This document shows, piece by piece, positions 55,601 through 64,000 of a DNA stretch of 64,000 nucleotides (position 1 is its first letter; every line of letters starts with the position of its first letter). Under the pieces are notes generated by a model that was not told the origin of the DNA, ran no database searches, and worked only from the letters and a program-made list of their open reading frames with translations. The stretch is from Styela clava (taxonomy: Eukaryota), in the NCBI RefSeq assembly GCF_964204865.1, contig NC_135254.1, positions 15,438,001-15,502,000 on the forward strand. Direction: 5' to 3'. Position numbers and translations under genes: made by a program.

Positions 55601-58600
55601 GTTTTTGTGGCCCACCTGAAAATGTTTTTGTGGCCCACCTGAAAATGTTTTTGTGGCCCACCTGAAAATTTTTTTGTGGCCCACCTGAAAATGTTTTTGT
55701 GGGCCACCTGAAAATGTTTTTGTGGCCCACCTGAAAATGTTTTTGTGGCCCACCTGAAAATGTTTTTGTGGCCCACCTGGAAATGTTTTGTGGCCCACCT
55801 GAAAATGTTTTGTGGCCCACCTGAAAATGTTTTTGTGACCCACCTGAAAATGTTTTGTGGCCCACCTGAAAATGTTTTTGTGGCCCACCTGAAAATGTTT
55901 TGTGGCCCACCTGAAAATGTTTTTGTGGCCCACCTGAAAATGGTATTGTGGCCCACCTGAAAATGTTTTTGTGGCCCACCTGAAAATGTTTTTGTGGCCC
56001 ACCTGAAAATGTTTTTGTGACCCACCTGAAAATGTTTTGTGGCCCACCTGAAAATGTTTTTGTGGCCCACCTGAAAATGTTTTTGTGGCCCACCTGAAAA
56101 TGTTTTTGTGGCCCACCTGAAAATGTTTTTGTGGCCCACCTGAAAATGTTTTTGTGGCCCACCTGAAAATGTTTTTGTGGCCCACCTGAAAATGTTTTTG
56201 TGGCCCAGCAGTCCAGACACTAGCTGATTGGGTAAAATATAGGAATCGGATATGGCAACGTGGAGAATGGTTTTTGAAAACCCTTTGTTTTGTTTTAATG
56301 GATTGCTCACAATCTTTTCTCAGTTAGAAATCAGATACCTTATGGTCATTCATTTATTCTGAACTCGTCTTTTTATGCTGAAAACATGTCCAAACCTGCC
56401 CTGATTAGTCTGTGTATAATTGTAAGAGACAATAAGATGTGATGTCATACTTTAAATTTCCAGTCAATCCTTTTTACTAACATGGAAAGGAGCAATTCTA
56501 TACTATATGGAATATCGTTGGTGACTTTAAGCATTTAAATTGTCATCGCAACTTTGATCAAAAATCATTTTCGAACATTTCTGAGTGAGAGTACTTCACC
56601 TTGCTTTGAGAAAAATTTCCTGCTGTAATTCCGCTTAAAAACAATTTCCCATTTTTCTGAGTACATTTATGTAACATTGCTTCAAGCAAATTTTCGGCAT
56701 TTCAGTGATTGCCTTACCTTTGCTTGCAAATTAATTTCTCATATTTCTGAGTGAGTGCTTGTGACTATGTTTTGAGGAATCTTTCCGACACTTTATTGGT
56801 CGGCGAAACTTCGCTTTGAGATCAATCTCCTATTATTTTCATGTGTGTGTGTGATCTTCTCTTGAAAATATTTTGTAAATAAAATAAATAAAACAAAATG
56901 TATCTGATATTGTAGAGGTGATACTGTAACGATGATAATGTCTGTATATTCTAGAATTCATATTTATTCATTCCTCCAATTCAACACATTAAGCATAGAT
57001 TTTGGTTGCTAAACGATGGTGTTTGAACAAGTAATATTTAGCATAAATTATAAATTTTTACAAAATGATAAATTTTACACAAACACAGTAATTTAAAAAA
57101 CTTTTAATAAGGAACATTTATTCTGAATTTATAGTTGGAAATGAATGTGCCGGCTTGTACTGATTTGGGCTATAAAGGAGCTTAAAATGGAATTTTTATC
57201 TGAATTGCAAAACTTGTTTCACTTGTTTCTATTGTTCCATCTAGTTCAGGAGTGTGCAACCTTCAAAACAGGAGGGCCAGATACAAATAACTAGTGAAAC
57301 CGCGGGCCGCATCTTTATTCAGCATAAACTTCCTAGTAGTTGCAGCCTTGCAGGCACAGAAATTTTGGTGATTAATCTTATGACATGCCTTGTTCGCTCC
57401 TCACAAGCTAGCTGTTACGGCATTGTAACGTCATAGGCGTAGATAATAAATTGGACTCTGGTATAAGCTTTGTAACGTAAAGGGATTGAAATTACTCGCA
57501 CATACCAGTTTAAACTGAAACTAAAAACTAATTTCTCGGGCCGTACATCGTTCAAAATTGACACTCCTACGCGGGCCGCACAATTTTTCCTTGTGGGCCG
57601 CATTTAGCCCGCGGGCCGCAGGTTGCACACCCCTGATCTAGTTTATTTGTGTAAAAATATTTCATTCAAATTTTTTTCAGCTCTTTTTGCCTTTGTGGTC
57701 GTCATTTTTGGGGTACTACTTAAACGAAAAAGAGAAACTGGTCAGCTCTGGCGACCAGAAGGCTTCCTCCTACACAAGAAACAAAGAAGAGAACCAATAG
57801 GACAAGCTGATTTAAATCTTAAGGTGTGTATGTTATACCAAGTGTTGATGTTATGTTGAATGGTTTTCTAAACTTTCAGTTAGCTGTTATTTACAACACA
57901 TTCTGAAGTGAGTCTAATTTTCGTACCAAGTGTCCTAGTTTGCTGAAACTTTTGGGTATAATCAAACACAAACAGAAGTTCAAGTGCTAAATAAATTTTC
58001 TTCATTTCCATAGAATAAATTCATGGGTTCTTTTTCTTTGGTCACCTAGTATTTTGGCATTCTTTGACCCGAATTTCCGTAATTTTAAAGGATAATTATT
58101 ATTTAAGATTGTCTAACCTTTTACGATTCCAAATGTTTTTGATTTTCAGAAATTGAACAAATCTCCATCTCCAGACAATGACACGAACACTCCTTTCATT
58201 CAAAGCTTCCACGATAACGGGACAAACAATCATCATAAAAAGTGAGTATACAAAATAAGTGGAATTTTTGAAACCAGCTGTCGTGCTTGTACTGTACTTC
58301 ATGCGTAAATTTAAAAATAACAATCTCTTTCTGTGAAAGAGCAAGTATATTAGTGATCTTTCGTTAGTCACAGTCTTAACTTTTTCAGTCAAAAGAAGAT
58401 ATAATTTATCAAACAGCGAAGTTATACTATGATCTAATGAAAGCTCACTAATATATGGTACTCGCTATTTCATGCAAAGAAATCATGTTATTTATCCTTT
58501 CAATATCTCTTACAAATATCCTTTTAACAACTGACATAGAAAGTAGACAAAGAAAAAGGATCTGTTTTTTGAAATGCAATATTCTAGTCCTAGTATCAGA

Positions 58601-61600
58601 GATATTTTTAGTTAGAATTTGTAAATCCCAAAAAACATTATTCATGCCGTAATTCAAGTTTGAAATTGTATCAGTCAATCATGTAAGTTTTTTTCCTATT
58701 CATCTCACTTGTACATTTTTATTCAGATATTTGGCAAGCCGTCAAGAAAATGAACCCTTGCATGGTGTACAAACAGAAAACAGGAAGAAGACACCTGAAT
58801 GTGAAGTTCAGTCTGACAGCAGAAAATGGACTCCACAACATATTGAAGCTGCCAGAGCATCAAGCAGAGAAGTTTCTTCTCCATTATTAGAAGATAATAA
58901 TGATGAGATTGATGCTCGTGGGCCTGGTAAAAAATTTTTTTTGATTTTTTTCTAACTTTCGATTGAAATTGTTTGCGACTTTCCTCAAAGCAAATAAATC
59001 GTAGTCCACTTCTTTTTGAGCAGTTGAATTGAAAATTTAAAAATTATTGATGTATAGACTGCGTTGATTTGTTTTGGTTATATTCAATTAGTTTGGTATG
59101 GGCCATTATGTTCTATTCAGCACTCCAAAGTAGCAGAAATCCCTTAAAATTTAAATGTTATATCTTTAGACGGCCTCACACCTTTGATGATTGCTTCTAC
59201 TCGAGGAGGTGGAATCGAAGTTATTGTAGATGAGGAATCCGGTGAAGGAAACGAGGGAGAAGGCAGTGAAAACATGATCGCGAGTCTTTTATTACAGGGT
59301 GCATCACTCACTGCACAAACAGATAGAACAGGTAAATTTGTAAATTTTTTATCTTTACTTTTTACTCTTGAAGCAGGATATTTAATACAGTGGTTTTCCA
59401 CCTTTTTATTCCGTGCCCCCTTTTTTAGAAGTTTTGCGGCTCACCTCAAAAATAACTAGCTAACACGTTGAAAATACGTGTATGGAACGTAAAAAATGGA
59501 ATAAATGAAAAGTTATGAAATGTAAATATTCAAAATAAGGCGGGCAATATCAAATCCCACAAATATTTTTATTTTTTATAAAAAATTGTCTACGCCCCCC
59601 CATAGTTTGAAAACCATAGCTTTAGATATTTTAAATTTATACTTTAACTAAACTGAATCGGTTAATTGGGTTGTTTCAGATTTGTCAGTGCTCTTCAGGT
59701 AACACTGGAATGTAAGCTTAGTATCTATAAAAAATTTCCTATTGTTACTGCTTTTATGCGCCATTTTATTAAAGTTTTTTTTTCTTTAATTCTCAAACAC
59801 ATCAATATTTATGTACCAATTTTGGATAATGTTGAACAATTACTTAGTACCAATTTTCTTCATTATAATTACCAGGTGAAACTCCACTTCACTTAGCAGC
59901 GAGATATGCCCGAGCAGATGCTGCAAAAAGACTTCTCGATGCAGGTGCCGACGCTAACATGAAAGAGCAAACAGGTCGCACGCCATTGCATGTGGCTGTT
60001 GCTGCTGATGCGCAAGGTGTCTTCCAAATATTATTGAGAAACAGAGCAACGGACTTAGATGCCAAGTAAGTTTGACACAGACCTGTGGGTTAAAATTGAG
60101 TAAGCGATGTCGGACTGGAAATATCCCGGTCTTTCTAAAAATAGTAGTTCTAAAGTAGTAGCTGCATTCAGTGAGCAATTTTTGGAGCGAAGGTGTTTGA
60201 TTTTGAATATCTCAAAAACTTTAACAATTGTGCTAAAATAATGTCCAAAAAAATGGGAATTTATCTCAACTTGACTTTCCTCTCTTGAGAAGGAGTGAGA
60301 ATAATTTTTTACTTCTGTCATATGAATAAATCTCCATTGATTACTCATAGAACCAACGATGGAACAACTCCGCTCATCCTTGCTGCAAGACTTGCTGTAG
60401 AAGGCATGGTTGAAGAACTCATTGGTGCTCATGCTGATGTAGACGCAGTAGATAACCATGGGAAAACAGCAATGCATTGGGCAGCTGCCGTAAACAACAT
60501 TGAAGCTCTGTCCGCTCTTCTTGCTGCCGGTGCAAAACGTGATGCTCAAACAGAAAGAGAAGAAACTCCACTGTTTTTAGCGGCACGAGAAGGAAGCTAT
60601 GAAGCGGTCAGGTTATTACTTGACCACTTGGCAAATAGAGATATCACTGACCATATGGACAGGTATGTTAAAAATGTAGTGGTCAAAAAACCTTCATGCA
60701 GCAAAATTTTTTATTTAAGATATTTAAGTAGATCAAAATATTTTTCTCTAATAACTGAATCAGAAGATCAAACAGTGGAACTTTAAAGTGTCTCATAAGC
60801 TAGCTGTTAGGGCATTGTAAGTAACGTCATAGGCATAGGTAATAATTTGGACTCAGGTGTACGATTTGCAACGCAAAGGGATTGGAATTACTAATACATA
60901 ACAAATAAAACTAGATTAAAAACTCAAAATTGGCACTTCTCCGTAGCCTGCACAATTTCTCTTTGTGGGCCCTTGGGCCTGGTTGCACAGCCCTTGTTTT
61001 ATATAGAATGGGGAATTTGTGGATTAGAAGAGGAAAAAAGAGTCATGTTGTTAGTGAGTCCGATGCCAAAGAGAACCCATTCTTAGAATATTAAATTTCA
61101 TCACTTGAAAAAACTCCTAATATATATCTATCTTTTCATCATAGGTTACCAAGAGATATTGCGCAGGAAAGGCTGCATACAGATATTATTCAACTACTCG
61201 ACGAATACAATTTGGTACGAAGTCCTATGGGTCACATGGATAACTCTCCTCTGATGCATAACAACGCAGCTTACATTGCTCATATTACGAAAGGTAAGGA
61301 ATTTTTTTCTTTTCCGAATATCATTTTTGAGAAAAAAGTATATTGGGAACATAGTGAACAAAAATTGTCGACGTGGCATAATTTTTGTCATGAAAAGGAT
61401 AAAATATTCATTTTCTTTAGATTTTTTTGAAATTGCTACTAGATTACAAACATTATCAAAATTGCGATTGTGTGCTGCATAATTTTTTTTACACAACGCT
61501 TATTTTTACCTTTTGGTCCAAACAAGCTCATAGCCTCAAATACCGCACGATATAGCTACAATTTGAGAGTAGATGTGAGTATTCACTTGTCACATCAAAG

Positions 61601-63458
61601 TAGTTAGAATGATATTTGATAAATTTTAAATTTAGGTTATCAAATATACTTTGAAATATAATAAATGACATCAAAACTATTATTCAAGTTCATATCTCTC
61701 ATTCTAAGATTCTTCCAAAAAATTAAACACATTGTAATCGACTTTAAATTTAGGTAAAAAGCAGAGGAGATCGAATGGTAAACCAGATGGTAAAGCTGCT
61801 CGCAGAACAAAGAAAAAATCCAGTACTGATAATAACATAGAATCACCTAACGGCATCAATCCAAATCTAAATCCTCATCATATGTACAATTCGGTCTTGT
61901 TATCGGACGGTCAGTCACCCGGCAGCAATTCTATGTCTTCGCCTTCCACATACAGCGACTCTACACATTCACCACCGATTTCAAATGCGGGAAACTTACC
62001 ACCTAATGCGTATTACCCAAGGGTAATGCAAGGAAGGTATGTATAGTCAAAAGAATACTTCTAAATTTGCATTGGATTAATAGTGTTAAATTTTTTAACG
62101 AAGGTATTGAATGAAAATTTGAGTTGGGTGATAAGCAATTGATGACTACCATGATCTTGGCAAATAATAATACTTTTTTGTGACATCACAATCTATACAA
62201 GATGGTAATGTCACAAGAGAACATGTACATCTTGCCTTATGCTTATTTTGTAGCTAAAACATACACTAACACGGCCACAGTTTTCATCTTCAAAGGCTGC
62301 AGGTATAATTTCTACAATATAGAAAATTGACAATATTTTTTATTTTTTTTCTAGTCACTCTGGTGGTATGGACAACCATCTTCCTCTTGGCCCTCACCCA
62401 TCACAACTCAGTGGGAGAATGATTCAACACCCAAGAGCGCAACCCCATCTTTCGGGTTCCAATACAGGATTGGGGCTGAATTTGGGGCAACTTCAGGTGA
62501 GATATCAATTTATATGATATAATTTTCTAATCTTTATTTTTATTTTTTTGTTTGAAAGTATTTTTGTTTTGTGTCAATAGGAAATGTTGTAAAACAATAG
62601 TTTGAAGAATAATTATTGTATGCAGGTGTTTCCAATTGTTTTACTTTTAATGTATTAGCTCCTTTATTTGCTTCTTGTGTGAAACCTTATTGATGTGTTT
62701 TGTGTAACATTTAAAAAAAAAGTGTTACTTTTTCCAGAATTAATTGCAGATAACTCAAAATAATAAAATTCAAATATTTTCAATTTTTTTTTGGTGCGCC
62801 TACCTTTTTCTGTACCAGACATAGACTGGTAACCGGATTATGTTGTCTTATCCCCTTTTCCTTAAAATATATATAAATATGCTTTTCACTTCTTTCAAGG
62901 TTCATTTTGAATATTGCAGCTGAAAGCTAGGATTCCTAATATTATTAACATAACACACTTTTACAGATGCGTTATAACGACCCTGAATTGCAACAACAAC
63001 ATTTAGCAAGAATGGCACATTACCGTGCACAAGCTCAAGTTCCTTATCAACAAATCATAAATCCTCATCCACATAGTGCCAATTCAGGAGGTTATCCAAG
63101 GTATGGCTGTAAAATTTTTAAATTATTTTAGATTCTGTTTGTTTTTCTGTATTTGATGATTTGTTTTAAAACGTATACAATATTGATGCAATATTTAAAC
63201 TACGGCGAAATGATTATAAACTTTGCTCTCTTTAAAAATAATTCTTTTAATTCTCTGCAACAATCCGATTAAAATATACTTTCATATTATTGTTTTCTTC
63301 TTCATAGGTCTTCCCAAGGAATGGCTTTTAGTGAAATGATACCAAATCTTCCACAACAACAACTATATCACATGGATGCTCCATCTTACACTCAACAGTT
63401 GGCAATGAACCAAAGACAACAACAAAATTTTGTTCACCAATCAAAAGGAATGCCAAGG
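25550..63458 (+). CDS. NOTCH: Notch receptor (3' end truncated by window), 46 coding exons
   Basis: Exons: 25550-25616, 25923-25986, 26562-26671, 26908-27071, 36484-36538, 36776-36898, 37190-37273, 37853-38002, 38817-38972, 39754-39939, 40416-40529, 40795-40908, 41251-41338, 41474-41626, 41872-41978, 42646-42750, 43179-43266, 43585-43958, 44398-44550, 45083-45258, 45937-46063, 46431-46558, 46985-47141, 47560-47731, 49497-49642, 50020-50140, 50690-50792, 50907-51029, 51282-51426, 51795-51850, 52099-52298, 52432-52567, 53049-53165, 53809-53916, 54418-54622, 57681-57823, 58150-58241, 58727-58926, 59170-59331, 59876-60065, 60351-60662, 61145-61293, 61754-62036, 62355-62496, 62967-63100, 63308-63458. 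Domain order SP-EGF-LNR-NOD-NODP-TM-RAM-ANK-Q-rich tail is diagnostic. Confidence 0.97.
39754..39939 (+). CDS. NOTCH: Notch ligand-binding EGF11-12-equivalent exon
   Basis: [62 protein letters not shown]; closely matches canonical EGF11-12 including O-fucose (CQNDATC) and O-glucose (CESSPC) consensus. Confidence 0.95.
44680..44950 (+). mobile_element. Degenerate copy of the 24110 SINE family
   Basis: Shares cgcacctct..gtgggttcgcaggtt, ggcttcctccacca.caagt and gttcgc.atatg blocks in the same order. Confidence 0.75.
45540..45805. repeat. Three degenerate ~80-95-bp tandem units with a ctgggtgaggtgggg core; related unit at ~40068-40115
   Basis: Repeated ctc/ctgggtgaggtgggg..atgg and taacctgcgat.ccaacacagtta motifs. 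Confidence 0.7.
48025..49284 (-). mobile_element. Internally deleted hAT DNA transposon in a Notch intron
   Basis: Perfect 16-bp TIRs TAGGGCCCGACCGATA, exact 8-bp TSD ATTATAAT (48017-48024 / 49285-49292), subterminal ccgata repeats, BED-finger ORF, internal ~270-bp direct duplication (48614-48893 / 48895-49153). Confidence 0.93.
48069..48581 (-). pseudogene. Truncated hAT transposase (ZBED-like): BED zinc finger plus following helical region, no DDE catalytic domain
   Basis: [27 protein letters not shown] finger; [26 protein letters not shown] typical of hAT transposases; the ORF runs into the subterminal repeats and stops. Confidence 0.85.
51795..54622 (+). CDS. NOTCH: Notch negative regulatory region exons (LNR-A/B/C, NOD, S1 loop, NODP)
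   Basis: LNR motifs [24 protein letters not shown]; furin sites RKKR and RTKR; NODP MDNSKC...CF..A..A..FLAA. Confidence 0.92.
55263..56207. repeat. 23-bp minisatellite GTGGCCCACCTGAAAATGTTTTT, ~41 copies
   Basis: Near-perfect tandem units (some 22 bp, scattered substitutions) with no spacers; lies in the Notch intron 54623-57680. Confidence 0.97.
57247..57635. mobile_element. hAT (Charlie-like) MITE
   Basis: TIRs CAGGAGTGTGCAACC / GGTTGCACACCCCTG, exact 8-bp TSD ATCTAGTT, internal gcgggccgca repeats. Confidence 0.9.
57681..57823 (+). CDS. NOTCH: Notch TM C-terminal half, stop-transfer and RAM exon
   Basis: [28 protein letters not shown]...[10 protein letters not shown]; G|VL gamma-secretase S3-like site. 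Confidence 0.93.
58727..61293 (+). CDS. NOTCH: Notch ankyrin repeat exons
   Basis: [94 protein letters not shown]. Confidence 0.98.
59388..59620. mobile_element. hAT-like MITE; related copy at ~53948-54250
   Basis: CAGTGGTTTTC..GAAAACCATAG ends; both copies share aaaaataactagctaaca, atggaacgtaaa, aaaataag.cgggcaa.atcaa. Confidence 0.65.
60790..60995. mobile_element. Degenerate partial copy of the 57247 MITE
   Basis: Shares aagctagctgtta.ggcattgtaa, cgtcataggc, aaagggatt.gaa.ttact and ggttgcaca.ccct blocks. Confidence 0.75.
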
Positions 63459-64000
63459 GTAAGTTTGTGTCTTCTTGGTAGAAAGAAAATGATTGTTTTT
63501 TAATACCTTGTTTCCCAGAAAATATGACTTGGCCTGACTTTGAAAAAGATTTTAATATAAACCCTCCTCTAAAATAAAACCTAGTCGATATCGTGAAACT
63601 TTTTTTTTGATCTATTCGATAGTAAGAACGTTTTAAATGAGTGGTCATTTTCAAAATCTATGTTATTTTAAATAAAAATGTGTTATTTATAAGTAAATGG
63701 ATACCGGTTTTCATATTTTGTATATTTGAAAATCTCGTAATTCTCTACTTTGTAATTTTGTTTTTGATAAATGAAATTCAAAGACATCTCCAAAAGTAAG
63801 CCCTAGTGTTATTTTTCGAAAGAAAACTGAAATAAGACACTGTCTTTTATTCTGGGAAACACGGAAGCTATACATTTTATATTAATTTACTATACTTAAC
63901 GCATAATTCAATAGCAACTTAATTGTAGCAATTACATTGGAATATAGAAACAAGCAAAAAAAATGATATTTATAGTTACGAAAAATGTCTGGATTACAGT

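Noticed and set aside
55263-56207. CRISPR-like regular repeat array
   Set aside because: Units are directly adjacent with no unique spacers, no cas genes, eukaryotic intron
55205-56310. Long minus-strand ORFs (326, 342, 212 aa) of repeated [23 protein letters not shown]
   Set aside because: By-product of a stop-free 23-bp tandem unit; all frames give the same peptide and there is no gene context

Overview
AT-rich eukaryotic genomic DNA with many short GT-AG introns; gene architecture and protein features suggest an invertebrate chordate, probably an ascidian/tunicate (inference). Two + strand multi-exon genes were reconstructed by hand, with splice phases checked exon by exon. (1) A group IV cytosolic phospholipase A2 (cPLA2-alpha/PLA2G4A-like), ~1.7/3.05-16.14 kb, with C2 domain, GGGFRA and GLSGS motifs, catalytic Asp and the Ser505/Ser727-equivalent sites. 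(2) A Notch receptor starting at 25550 and running off the window end: 46 coding exons encoding a signal peptide, an atypical 4-Cys module, 32 complete EGF repeats, 3 LNR, NOD/NODP, TM, RAM and ankyrin repeats; the PEST region and stop lie beyond the window. Introns carry a tRNA-derived SINE family, hAT MITEs with 8-bp TSDs, an internally deleted hAT retaining a BED-finger ORF, other foldback elements and a ~41-copy 23-bp minisatellite with a CACCTG E-box in almost every unit. Top leads: a FFAT-like (VAP-binding) motif in an acidic insertion of the cPLA2, a non-canonical LWRP RAM motif and reduced EGF set in Notch, and a duplicated 'poison' pseudo-exon after the cPLA2 catalytic exon. No CRISPR or prokaryotic system is present.
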